A DNA stretch of 64,000 bases from Gnetum montanum. Its lineage: Eukaryota; Plantae; Gnetophyta. Position numbers and translations under genes: made by a program. Each line of letters begins with the position of its first letter. The stretch's first letter is position 1. Location: the NCBI GenBank assembly GCA_015680685.1, contig MNCI01002568.1, positions 642,258 to 706,257 of the forward strand, read 5' to 3'. The notes below the pieces were generated by a model. The model was not told the origin of the DNA. It worked only from the letters and a program-made list of their open reading frames with translations, and did no database searches. Positions 23,695 to 36,578 of this stretch are shown piece after piece.

Positions 23695-26548
23695 TTAGAT
23701 GTAGTATGGCTTGAGGTACAAGTGGTTCACGGGATTTGCAAACTCTTTGCCATCCATGCCTGCTAGTTTGAAGGCTCTGTTCTCATATGCTTTTGAGACT
23801 ATGAATGGACCTTCCCATTTTTTTGAAAACTTGTTTGTATGCTCATGAATAGCTTTGAGAACTAGGTCCCCTTTTTTGATTGGCCATCAGTTTCTATTAA
23901 AATGATGTTTTTTTCATTTATTGTCTTGGTACCGTTCAATGCGACCAAGTGTTTGTGCATGCTCCTCCTCTATGGAATCACCATTGTTGGAATGGCCATG
24001 TGATTTGTGTAGGGTGCAACTCAGTAGGTGAAACATGTATAATATTTGCATGACATTGGCATGTATCACACATCTTGAATATAGCAAAGCAATCTTGTTC
24101 CATGCAAGGCCAATAATACCCTAGGCATTTGATTTTAGCTGCCATGGCCCTAGGAGCTATGTGTCCTCCACATAGTCCTTTGTGGACTTTGTTAATGAAT
24201 TTTTGTGCCTCTTTCCCTCCAACACAAGTTAGCAATATCTCATCAAAGGAGCGTTTGCATAAGGTATTATCTCCTATGAGGACATACTATCATTCTCATT
24301 TTCGGATTACATCCTTTTGTGTGGATATCAAGGTGTGTGGGGGTTCACTATGTTGAAGGTAGGCTTTAACATTAGCGTACCACTCTTGGGAATCGGTAGA
24401 ACTTAAGGAGGCAACATGTACCACTTGAGTGGCAGGCTCTATGCATTTTACTATCGAAGTAGGTAAAGTTACAAACAGGTGTGGCGGAACATGTAATGCT
24501 AGCGTGGCTAAGGCATATGCTATGGTGTTCTCATTGCATGGCACATGATATCTATCATTGTGAACTATTTCAACAAGTTTTTGGCCAAATAACAATAAGG
24601 CTATAAATGTGAAGCTTTACAAGAATATATTTCAGTGATCTGGTTGACGAAAAGTTGAGAATCACCTCGGATTACCAAATGCTGGATCTTTAATCGCTGG
24701 GCTACTTAAAGACCCCTAAGGAATCCTTTGTACTCAGCTACATTATTTGTATAAAGAAATGTAAAATGGTAAGAAAAAGGTTAAATGTCCCTCGAGGGGA
24801 ATGTGATGATGATGGCAGCACTACTACCTCGCGTGGTTGAGGCACCGTAGAAGTTCAAAGTGGCCTCAAAGTGCAATGGCATAGGGTTGATGTTGTTAAC
24901 ATGTTAGTCAAGGAATTCTGGTTCTATGGTTGCCTGATCATCGACTGGTGAGGTCGTGAGCTACATAGCTGTTGCTTGTCCTTTCATCGATGATTGGGCT
25001 ACATAGTGTAAGTCGAATTCCACCATTATAGCTTTCCATTGGACTATCTTGCTACTTTCATATAAGTTGTTCATGATAGCCCAAAGTACATTGCTCTTGC
25101 ATATAATGTTAACTTGGCTATAGAATAGGTAGTGTCTCCACTTTTTTAGTGCAAATACTAGGGCAAGACAATTCCTTTCCACTTCGTTGTATTTTTCTTC
25201 GTAGGCTATCAATGCATGCCTCAAGTAATAAGTTGGGATTTCAAAGCCATCCTCTCTTTTTTGGCATAACAATGCTATGATACACGTGTCTGAGGTGGCA
25301 AGATAGATGTAGAAAGGCTTATCCCTCTGTGGTGGGTAAAAGATTGGGAGGTGTAAAAGCTCTTTCTTCAAGTCATCGAAGGCTTTTTGACATTGTGTTG
25401 TCCACTCAAAGTTAACCCCCTTCTTTAGTAAGTGTTGCATGGGGTGTAACCTGTCGATCAACTTTGCTATAAACCTTCTAATAAACTATACTCTACCTTG
25501 CAACCCACACAATTCTTTAAGGTTCGTAGGGGGTGCTAGGTTAGCGATGGCCTTAACTTTGTCAGGGTCCACTCGTATTCCAGCCTCCGATACTACAAAC
25601 CCTAACATGCGTCTAGTTTTAACACTAAAAACACATTTCTTTGGATTGATACACAAGTCATGCCTATGACAATGCTTGAGAACTACATCTAGATCATTTG
25701 GATGATCAATAGCCATCTTAGACTTGACTGCTATGTCATCCACATAATCATTTAGTCTCTTTAGGATGTAGTCGTTGAATATGTACATCATGGCTCATTG
25801 ATAGGTTGCTCCAGCGTTTTTGAGATCGAAGGGCATCATACTGTAACAAAAGGTTCCCCAAGGGGTCATAAAAGTAGTTATCAATTGATGCTCTGGATTG
25901 ATGTGAATTTGATTGTAACTTAAGAACCCATCCATAAAGGATAATAAAGCATGACCAACCATAGTGTTAATAAGTTGGTCAATACTTGGCAATGAGAAGT
26001 CATCCTTAATTGTTTCTTTGTTCAGATCTCGGAAGTCTATACAGATTCATATACCTCCCATTTTCTTAGAGACCATAATGATGTTTGATACCCAGTGAAT
26101 GAAGCCTTCTTGGTATAGCTTGGTGATTTCGTCACATATGGCTAGTGCGATTTCTAGTTTAATTTTTTGAGCTGTTTGCTTAACTAGTTTGATACGCGGG
26201 TCTAGGACAATGTTATGTTGTATTAGCCGTGGTTCTAAGCCTGGCATGTCATTATAGGACCATGTGAACACTTTGACGTTGTCTTGGAGGACTTTAAATA
26301 CCTCCTTTTGCATTTTTTGATCTAGGAGGAAGCTAGGTTTTAGTGTCCTTATTTTCCCCCTAGATGTCATCATAGGTGCTTTGATGAGAGGGTCCTTCAT
26401 CATGTCCTTGACCTCTAAGTCTAAGGCTTGGACTAGATGTTTGGGCCAATCTAGGGACATTTCCAGCGATGCTATAGTGTCATCAGTGGATGATTCGTAG
26501 TCTATTGACTCTAAGTTTAGATGTCTTACAAGCTTTCCATGAGGACTT
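23695..26548 (-). pseudogene. pol: Element C pol remnant (RT-RH-aRH-INT) with the integrase core deleted
   Basis: ORFs 26047-26553, 25795-25992, 25486-25791 (YVDD), 24961-25461 (RH), 24296-24595 (aRH end), 23978-24235 (HHCC); ends WEGPFIV...LKPYYI*. Confidence 0.95.
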
Positions 26549-26721
26549 GTCAAGGTTAAAAGTGAATGTAGATCATGCTACATGGCCATTTTGTTCAACC
26601 TACCACAATAAGAAAAATCCAAGTTAAGTGATACCTTTTTGTAGCAATAGCACGTAATAAACATTTGAAAAGCAACAATGAAACATGAAATAATTGACAA
26701 CTATTTGGCCAAGTTTGCAAG

Positions 26722-27142
26722 TTACCAGTTTAAGGTCTTGGTGGACTATGAATGGGTTTGAATATGCAAGGGACATTAACTTTGCCATTTTAAGGTCATG
26801 GTGGACCATATTATTGTGAAATCTATTTTAAAATACAAAATGGATACTAAGGCTTCCAATTTAAGGTCATGGAAGACCGTACTCATGCTACAGTGTACAT
26901 CAAAATGTGAATCGAGGTTGCTAGTTTAAGGTCTTAGTAGACTGTTAATGGGTGGAGTTTAAAAGTTAAGGTCACTAGTTTAAGGTCTTTGTGGACTGTT
27001 AATGGGTAAGCTTTGTAAAGGTAAGGTCACTAGTTTAAGGTCTTTGTGGACTGTTGCGGGTAGGCTTTGTACGGGTCACTAGTTTAAGGTCTTTGTAGAT
27101 CGTTGCCAGTAGGCTTTGTAAAGGTAGGTTACTAATTCAAGG
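26722..27142. repeat. Repeat array upstream of RT in C
   Basis: About eight copies of (C)TAGTTTAAGGTC(T/A)T(G/T)GTGGAC with 35-70 bp spacing. Confidence 0.85.
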
Positions 27143-27160
27143 TGGGATGAAATTTTTGGT

Positions 27161-27304
27161 TGGGCCCACCTGTTATGTTCCAAACAATGATGCTATGCTA
27201 TGGCGAGATTATGACACAATAGTGCTATGCTATATGGGCATCCCACATTACTTAGAGTGTGAAAATGACAAGCTCTTTTCACCATGTTGGCTATAAATAG
27301 GGGT
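27161..27304 (+). promoter_or_regulatory. Putative promoter of the antisense gene in C
   Basis: TGGGCCCAC at 27161, TATAAATA at 27292-27299, ATG at 27435. Confidence 0.6.
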
Positions 27305-27434
27305 TTTACCCATGGTAAAGTTGTCGTTTTCATTGTCAAAGCATAGAGCCCACATCCAAAGCATAGCGTGGTCATGTCAAGAGAAAGCAAAGTAGTGTAG
27401 CATAGCAATTGACAGAGAATTTTTGAGTGAGATA

Positions 27435-30400
27435 ATGACACCTAAAGACAAATGCAAGCACCAAGGACTTGTTAAGGTGGATGAGGTCAAGGACACTTTG
27501 TAGCGCCTGTCCAAGGTGTGTATTGAAGTGCGAAAGGAGACTTTGTCTACTTGGTAAGTTTCTATGCCGCCTTTTTTTTAGGCTACAATAATCATTATCG
27601 TGATGAAATACATGTCTTTTGCCATTATTTTGGTTGTCATTTTGGCCGCTACGCTGTCGCTTTGCTGGTTGGCCACAGAAGCTATACGAACATTACACTA
27701 CAACTACATGCAGTATTGCCTCGACTACCATTGTTGCAACTACCTTGTTGTAGGGGTTTGGGTGATTCTGTATAGCTTAGCGCAGGGTTAGCGTAGCATA
27801 CCACCCTCAAGAGGGTTTGGCCATCTACGAGATTTAACAGCGTGACACGTGTTTAATGTAGTGTAGCGTGAGTTATTTTGTATGGTAGAAATATGGTTGA
27901 GACGACTTTAGCATAGTGAATTCTATCTTTTCTAAATTTTGTAATTTTTTTATTATGCTATAATGGTGGTGTTGTAAGGTCTTTAGGTTTGTCGCATTGC
28001 TATGCTATTGAATCTGAAACACTGCTACGTTGCTGAATTTGTTTCTATTAAGTTTTCTATGTTTGCTATGTTGCCATACCTGTCATAGTAAATATGTTGA
28101 TTATGTTGTTATATTGTTGCACCTCTATCTATTCTTGTTCATTTGCTACATCACGTGTCATGTGTTTGCATCTAAGTGTTGTTACATTGTGCGAGGCTTG
28201 ATGACTATGCTACGCTACGACTATCGTGTTGCTACGTGGCCTATGATTTTTTTTTGTTTTTTGTTAGAGAGAGATTTGCAACTGGGAGATCATGCTACGC
28301 TACATGCAAAGAAAGTTTCATGCTACGCTATATGTAATCAGAGGGTTATGCTACGCTACATGTAAACTTCACTCATACACTATGCTAACATTTGATTCTT
28401 CATTGTGCAAGGTCACGTTGAAGCCCATTTTGATTGTCCTAGAGATCATGAATGTCCTATGCTGCCTTAGCGAACCGATGGCCAATGTTCCTCCTCCCCA
28501 TGCATGTGTGGGGTGGTAGGTGGTATGGTTTTGAGAGGGTGCACAAGACTTCCTATAGTTCCTCCTCTGCCATTTTAGTGTGATTTTTTGGTCACACCTA
28601 TAAGTGGAGATAGCAATCGCAATCATAGAAACCCTGTTACCTAGGGCAAATCAAGGCATTCTGAAATTTTTAATCGATGGGTCAATCAGGGGTGATCAAG
28701 CAAAAGGTTCCAACCAACATCCAAAATGCTTGAGATACTTAGGTTGAATCTAAGAGATGCCTAAGTATAAGTGCTATCACTTATACAACACGTTATTCAT
28801 TGCCCGTCACATGGGCACCTACTTTCAGAACCCACCTGGAACTGTTTATTATGTCAACAAGTGAGTTCTATGAAGGTATTTTATTATGTCATGTAATCCA
28901 TGCTACGCTAGACACAAGTACTAATAGTTTATATATATATAATTTTTTTTTGTATTGCTAGGTTTTTTATTGATAGGAGTGGTCTCCATAGTGATACAGA
29001 TGCCTTAGTGTTGGCATTGATGGCCCTACAGGAGTTTTCCTCTATAGGGAATGTGCACACCAGTGTAATAGGCCAATTTGGGGATGAGTTCAAAACCTAT
29101 CTAACCTATTATTACCAAATTTATAGGAAGTGTAAAGAAGTTAATTAGTTGGATAGGAAGTGGTCATCCCTTAGGATGCTCACTGTTGAAGAAGTGTTGG
29201 TGGATCTCCCACCATTTCCTGTGCTCATTTTTTAAACTCTTTTTTTAACCTTCATTTGTTTGCTAACTTTTTTCTTTTATTTTGCAAACCATTTTAGTTG
29301 CAAGGAAATCCCAAGAGGTGACTGTGATCACCTCCAAATGCAATGAAACCAACCTCTTTTTCAAGCATGGGAAGGTGGAGGAGACTTAGTGATGGCTCTG
29401 CAATGGGGCCCCAACCATGCTTGTCCACAATCTTCAGGAGGTTGGGCTCATGGACCTATTTTTGGCCATCAACCTAAATGTCTCGCCTACTGAAATGCTT
29501 TCCCTAGCCAAATCTTTCTTCGAGAAAATGGACTGCTTCCACACGTGTGTTTATGGTGTGTGAGTGGTGTTTGAAATCAATGACCAATTGTAAATGGATC
29601 TTTTTGATGTCCCTTATGATGGTCTCCCTATGAAAGAAAAATCTAAGAAAGATTCAAACCATCAGGGGGACATTGAGGAGTGGCTATGGGTTGTAAAGGA
29701 CTAAAAGGGTATCTACAGTGAGAAGGTTAGGCTATGGGTGGCCAAAATAATTTACTCGGTCTTCCATGCCCATACCTTCCCCAAGCTATGCTCCCAAGGA
29801 AAAATCCTTGAAATTGAGTAGGCTTGGATAATGAGGTATGTCATGGAAGAGGGGACTCATTAAAATTGGGCCAAACACCTTAGCAAATGCTTGCAAGCTG
29901 AAATGGTCAAACTTCTTGAAAATATTGTCTCGTTTCAATGTGCATCATGCCTTCTTCATAGCCTACCTTCAGCATTTTGCGGAATTCTTGGTAGTTCATG
30001 AGAATGGGGTCTAGGTACTACAAGATCGTAACCATATTTTCAAGTTGTGGATTTGCCAAGTCTTTCATACCACCCAATCTTAGGACACCCCAGAAGCTGT
30101 TGGGGAATCATTTTCAATGACGACCAGGGATCAAATGGCATGTAACTTTTGGGCACAGGACAGTGTGGGAGAGGCACCCCCCGTTACCACCAGCAGTGTG
30201 ACAAGGGGGGAATGCCTCATTGCAAAGATAGTGACAACTAAGTTTCAATGCAAGATATCCCTCCTAGCCAAGGACCCTCCCCGCACAAATGAGGAACGAG
30301 GAAAGAAGCTGCGGCTCAACCTTCATAGAGTGTAGCCTCTGATTAGTAAGTGTTTTTTTCCAACATTCGCTATGCTGTGTTATGCTAGGTAGCGTTGCAC

Positions 30401-32232
30401 AGCGTAGCATCTACTTTGAGTTGGTATAATTTTCTTACTACGACTATGTTTTATTAGCAGAGGAAGAAGAGGAAGAAGGGGAAGAAGAGGTGGTGGCCCC
30501 TACAATGGGGATGACTAGCGAAAATGAAGAGGCTCCTACCAAAGAGGAAAGGGACCCGATCGATAAGGAAGGGGCCCCTACTACAGAAGAAAGGACCTTG
30601 GCAGGTGAGGAAGAGGCCCTTACCAATGAAGAGGAGGCCCCTGCCGATGAGGAGGAGGCCCCTGCCGATGAGAAGGAAGCCCTTGCCGATGAGGAGGAAG
30701 CCCCTGCCAACGAAGAAAAGGGCCTAGCCAATGAGGAAGAGGCTCCGAATAATTAGCAAGAGGCCCCTGCTAATGATCCTTTCACGGAGAGTAGTTCAGT
30801 ACCGGAGGGACACATGAGCATCAAGGACACTGCTACATTATTAGGTTAGCTGGAAGGAGAGGAGCTCCATTTTGATGCTGGTGAGTTTGACCATATATTT
30901 GATAGTGTGCCAATGGGCAACCCCCCTGCTATCACCCTTGAGGTTTTGCTGGGTAGGAGCTTTACACTGTCATTTATGTTGTTCATCAACTTTACTATGG
31001 TTCCTATCCACTGTGGCTAACACATTTTACCATCTAGCTAACACCACTATTGATACCTCTGGCTTGTCCTTGATCCACCTGTGACCATGGACCAAGACCC
31101 TTGACAAATTTACTTTCATGGATAAGATGGTTGACGACATGATCGACCATCTAAGGTAGATCAATCCAGAAGTGGGTAAGTCAAAGCTACTATACTAAAC
31201 TCTCTAAATTATTGTTTCCTCACTATGCTACTATGACTAATGCCTTTCTATGTGCGATTGATAGCCTCTTGTCTCAAGTGGGATCCTAAGTGAGTGGTTG
31301 AGGTCGACGCTGTGCTTGAATTCCCACTAGAGGTAACTGAAGTACCTTGTCGCATATACGACGAAGCAAGCCAATGTGTATTGTACTCGACATGCTCTTT
31401 GTGGGAATGTAGGCATGTGAATGAAGACCTATGGAAGTGGGTAGAGAGGCTTGAGAAGGAGAAGGCCAACCTGACTACCGAGGTTGGAGATCTCCAATCC
31501 AAGAACGAAATTCTATTGGCTTGAGACACTAACGATGGTAGTTGGTGCATGGCCATCATTAACTATGCAAGGTATTGGATGTTCGTGTGACACAAAAATG
31601 AGGCCACTCATGAAATAATAGAACAATGCATGCAAATGGACCTACAAGCCCAAAAGAACCAAAACTGTAAGGACTACAGTGCAAAAGTTTCCGAGTGGGG
31701 GCAAGCACAAAAAAATCATAAACATATGTATAAACTAGAACATGCCACCTTCCGTAAACAATATTGAGATGCCTTTTTCAAGTTGCATAGTTATGAGGTA
31801 TTCTTTGATGTTATTGGTGCTTTTGGGGCTTACGACAGGTTTATGCAACAAGTCAGTGAATCTCCTAAAAGGAAAATGACCTTTCCCATGGATGAGACCA
31901 CCACTGCCACCTTTTCTCTAGGTCCACTGAGATGGATAGCCATAGAAAAGGAGAAAGTTGCAGCAAGCACTAATCTAGAAAACAAGAATTGAGCCGATAT
32001 TATGAAAGATGAGATCTTGCAACACCTTGTGGCAGGCATGGATTAGATACCCCCTGAAACAAATGTGGGGCTATCTCAGGTTAGTCATTTTTTGGTGTTG
32101 TGATAATTTATTTTATTCAAGTCTTTATTATAGCTTTAACTGACCATTTCATTTTTTCCTGTGGTATAGAATCCAGCTGAAAACACAAGACCTAATGAGG
32201 CAGGGGATGATGGAATGGGAAAAGGGTCATAA
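27435..32232 (+). pseudogene. Antisense multi-exon accessory gene of element C
   Basis: Exon 1 is 27435-27553 (119 nt, same as A), then GTAAGT. Donors at 28861, 30346, 31176, 32080; acceptors at 28961 and 30457; stop TAA at 32230-32232. Confidence 0.82.
30520..30780 (+). repeat. In-frame 21-bp tandem repeat encoding EEAPADE-like acidic units
   Basis: About 12 units of GAGGAGGCCCCTGCCGATGAG-like sequence (ORF 30490-30756). Confidence 0.9.
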
Positions 32233-32419
32233 CGTAGCAGCAAAGAATTTTATTTGGATTCTTGCAAAGAATGTTATAAAGATTATTAATTAATATTTTA
32301 AATGAAAAAAATGGAATATGAAGAGAATTGTTTCATTTTAGTTTATGTGTTGTGTTTATTTTTATTTTATTCTTTATCTTTTTTTTATTCATTAAACTCC
32401 TTGGGAGCACCTCATTTTT

Positions 32420-32625
32420 GTTTTAGGTCATTTCGGGCTATAACAATAGTTTAAGGCCATTCCAGGCCATTGCTAGTTTTAGGCCATTTCGGGCCATCGC
32501 TAGTTTTAGGCCATTTGGGGCCATCGCATGATGGTAAAGAAACTTTTTGCCAGTTTTAGGCATTAGTGGGCCATTGGTTGATGGTAAAGAAAAATTTTGC
32601 CAATTTTAGGCCTTAGTGGGCTGTG
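32420..32625. repeat. 27-bp tandem array after the gag-PR stop in C
   Basis: TAGTTTTAGGCCATTTCGGGCCATCGC-like units. Confidence 0.8.
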
Positions 32626-32806
32626 GCATGATGTAAACAGTGGATGTGATGTGAACAGTTTAAAGAATGAGGCATACACTTAGTGTAAACAAACAAATAT
32701 GGAATAGACAAAGAATAAATGTATGATAAGTGTTAGTCGTGTCAGAAGCAATGGAGTAGTTATGATATGCAAGTAATGATCATCCTCATAGCTACTTTCT
32801 AACCCA

Positions 32807-35800
32807 TCATGGGCTCGGTGATGTGTAAGGTTGAGGGTCTTTGTTGCAGTATTCTTCTATATCATTATCTACCACTTGAAAAGGTAATTCGGCCCACGTA
32901 GTTTCGTTTTCTATGTCGACGTTTTGGGCCAACTCATTTGCCAAACAAGTAGCTTTGGTGGAGATAGGCATTTCATTCTCAGTAGTTATTACTTCTGAAC
33001 CCTGCTCCATGTCAACATTGTTTATTACTTGAGTGGAAACTTCATCACCATAGATCATCACCTCCCTACCCACATAAGGTAGGTGGATATCTTGATGTAT
33101 GGGTGAAGAGACAACCCTAAGTTGGGCTAACGACGACCTCGCCAAGATCAAGTTAAACCTAGGAACCTCTTCTACCATGATGAATGTTGCACTTGTGTGG
33201 GCAACTGGTCCCCTACCACAAAGTTAATGTGGGTAGTCCCCTTTACCACCACCTACACTTTGTTGAACGACTTCAAACATGAGGTTGTCATGGGTTTGAT
33301 TTGATCCACTAAACCCAGTTTTTCCACTATGGGAAAGGGGATGACATTTGTAGTAGCCCCATCATCAACATGTACTCTTTAGATCTTATGTTGACTAATT
33401 CAAATCGTGATGAATAGGGGTGTTGTTGTTTCCTGGTCCTTCTCAAGGTCATCCTTGATGGACTCATCACAAAACGTCAACTGAGCTAGCCACAGTTCTT
33501 CGAGCGTAGAAGGAAGCATAATAGCATGGATTGCTTTCTCCTCTACCGGCATGTTTTTGTTAACCGGTATTGATGTTAACATGTGAACCATGGCCTTGTA
33601 GTGTGTAGTGGAGGTTATTACCAAGTCATACAGGCTTAAGGTTGTATTCTTTTGTTTTAAAGCCTATTTGACCTGAGTAAGGGTGTTTATAAGGTCTTGT
33701 TCATTTTCTTGTTTTTTGTTGCCCTTCTCCTCCTCCATTCATCCTAGGAGACAAATCTCTCAGGGAGGAGTAGCTTCAAGTTTAGGGCTAGATCTTCTTT
33801 GGTGGGATGCAATGATTTTGTGGGTGTAGTGGTGTCAACTATTGATGATGAGGGGGGTGTAGACATGAAGGACGAGGGAGTAGGCTTGGGGGGACCTGGG
33901 CCAGTATGTTCCTTGGTTGTTTCTTCCGTCAAATGCTCTTCCCATTTCTTTGAATGGGAAGGCTATAGTGCCATCTTAGATTGGCTTTGTGTGATGGGGG
34001 TAGTTGATTGTTTTGGCCCCCTAATGATAAATGGTGTTTGTGGTGTTAGCCTAGATGGTGATATAGTTTTGAATATGAAGGGTGCAGGGGAAAATGTCTG
34101 AGGGGGAACCTTGAGGACGAATGGCTATTGTGGCATCTTTTTTGCAATTGTTGATGTTGCTACGCTACATTGAGGCACATGAACCTCAAACAACTACTGT
34201 GGTAATTCTGGGTTACTGTCTACACCAATCATGTTGATAATGTACTCCGTGTTGTTAGCATTGATATGGTCCTCGTAGACATGCATGGATTGATTTTTGG
34301 GGCAGACAGGGTTACTTTCATCCATAACTAACTTTCCTTGATCAATCATCCATTGGATGTCATCTTTTAATGCTAGATAGTAATCTTTTTCATGACCACA
34401 AAGTTGATGGTAATCATAGAACTGCTCCAGCCTGAAGTTCTTAGGAACTAGTGGCTCATTGGGCATAGACAAGAAGGGGTTCTTAAGGAGCTTGTAGTAC
34501 CATTGATGTTGTTTGGTTGCCTCCTTAGACATCTACTTATGTTGGATGTACCCAACCCCCAACAATTTCTTTAGAAGTTTTGAAGGCTTGACAGGTAATG
34601 GGGTATATTTGGAATGATCTTTATGCTCGAAGTTGGGTTTAGGCTGGGTTGATGCCTTTGGTGTTGACATGGAGGGTTTGGCATCGTTACTTGAGCTAGG
34701 CGTGGGGTTGGTTGATGTTGTGGCTACCTTTTTGTTATTTTTGTTGTTGGACTTTTCCTCATTTTCCATGATGGCTACCATGGCCATTACGGCTTTGCCC
34801 TTTTCTTTGTGTTTTTTGGTATATGCAATTTTGTATGCAACATAGGCTGGGTCTTTAATGGCCTCAGCTGCATCTTGGATGCTCTTCGTCTAGGCAAAAT
34901 CCTAATTGAGAGAGCATGGGACTAAGTAGTATAGCTTGGATTTGATAAAATAATTCACCATGCCTTTGAAGATGGCCAACAAATGGGCCTCCGCTATAGG
35001 CTCACAGATCTCATTCAAGGTAGCCCTCCACCACTGTATAAACTTTTTCACTGACTCTAGCGGGTCTTGCTTTATGCCCATCAACTGATCCAGCATGACT
35101 TTGGGCTTCAAGTTATACTTAAAGTGGGTCACGAATTGGGTCAGCAACTCCTCCATTGTTGAGATGGAGACGTGCAGGAGCGTGTGGTATCAGTCTAAAG
35201 CTTTGCCCGTCAGAGACATAGCAAAGACATGAATAATAGTGTGTAGCCACTACTACAAAAACAATGATTCAGATCTAAACATAACTAAATGTGCATTAGG
35301 ATCACTCTCTCTATTGTATTTTGTGAAGTGGGGGAGTGGCATCCCAGGGGGTAACATGAGCATTGGAATGGCGGGGCTGATGCGATCATCATGGTAGAAA
35401 TCCATGACCTGCACTATGTCAAAATTGTCAACTTTGAGATGTTTAATATCTTCTATGAGGGTCTGGATAAGTTGGAACACTTGGTCCAAACCCAAAGATA
35501 ATGTAGACGGTTGTGGGGTTGCAGGGGCAACCATTGTTGGTGGCATAGTAAGGATAGCAGCCTGGCTCATAAGGGGCGTCATTGGGGCTACCCTTGCGAA
35601 GGGTGTTACTTCTGAAGTCCACCACCCAGTGGGTGGTGTTGTTGGAGTAGTGGCCATTGGTGGTGTTGTAGGGTTAGTCATTTGCATGATTGATGGGATG
35701 GGCCACAGTCTCATGCTTGGTTGTGACACTTGTGGAACCTGGTATTCTTGGTGGTAAGGGTAATTTTGCATCTAGGAAGGTTGCGAAATAGGGAGTGAAG

Positions 35801-36527
35801 TGGCTAGGGTCCACTACATGGTTGGGGTAGGGCCTACCGCTGATGGTGGAATAGGTGGAGACGATGGAATAGGAGTGAAGACTCCATGCAGCTATGAAGT
35901 AGACACGGTGTGCACATAGGGCAACATAGTTGTGACTGATGCTTGGTACAAGGATGGGAAAGAATGAGAAGGAAGAGTGCTTGGGAATGAAACTGAGGGT
36001 GCAGAATGGTTGCCCATGGTTGATGAAAATGTAGATTGTGGTGGAGTCGTTGTAGTCATAAAAGAGGCAAACGCAAAAAGCAGGTTTGACCAGAAGACCA
36101 TGGTGGGAGGGATGATCATAGGGTAAGTCTGGCCACCACCCTCGGATTGGGAGTCTAGGTCTTCCTGCCCGTCTTGGAACACCTCATCATAATGGGATGC
36201 CATGTCCTACTCCCTAAACTTATTGACTTGCATCAGCTAGTTGAACATCCACTGATATGTTTCTGCCATGGGGATGGTAACGTCAAGGGTAGGGATAAAC
36301 TCCCTCCCATTCCGATGAAGGAACTCAAAGTTGCATTTGTCCTTGAGTTCTTAGTGATCTAGGGGAAGATTTTCCTAGATCTTTGCATAGAGGAAGTTGT
36401 AATGCTTTGCGTCTTGTGCTAAGAACTCAGGTGATAAATGTTGGATCCTAAGAGCCTAGCGTGGCACCAACACTAGGCTAGGTGGCCGCTCAACACCCAT
36501 GGTGCTTTGAGCCACGAAAGGAACCTC
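32807..36527 (-). pseudogene. gag: Element C gag-protease remnant
   Basis: ORFs 35253-35771 (FTKYNRESDPNAHL), 34902-35156, 34194-34532 (YDYHQLCGHEKDYY), protease RVHVDDGATTNVIP near 33340-33380, and 32807-33178. A single N at 36528 marks an assembly junction. Confidence 0.9.
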
Positions 36528-36555
36528 NTAAGATGCAAAAGGGGCACCAAAAAGG

Positions 36556-36572
36556 CCCTCCTTCTAGTGCCA
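36556..36572 (-). promoter_or_regulatory. PBS of C complementary to the tRNA-Asn 3' end
   Basis: Plus strand CCCTCCTTCTAGTGCCA, one mismatch to CCCTCCTTCTAGCGCCA (tRNA sequence from memory). Confidence 0.82.
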
Positions 36573-36578
36573 AAAATC

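Noticed and set aside
26722-27142. CRISPR-like look: constant core with variable spacers (also 23345-23670)
   Set aside because: Spacers resemble each other, unit length is irregular, there are no cas genes, and the context is a plant retrotransposon.
36556-36572. tRNA gene
   Set aside because: Only 17 nt of tRNA 3'-end match next to an LTR, which is a PBS; no cloverleaf.
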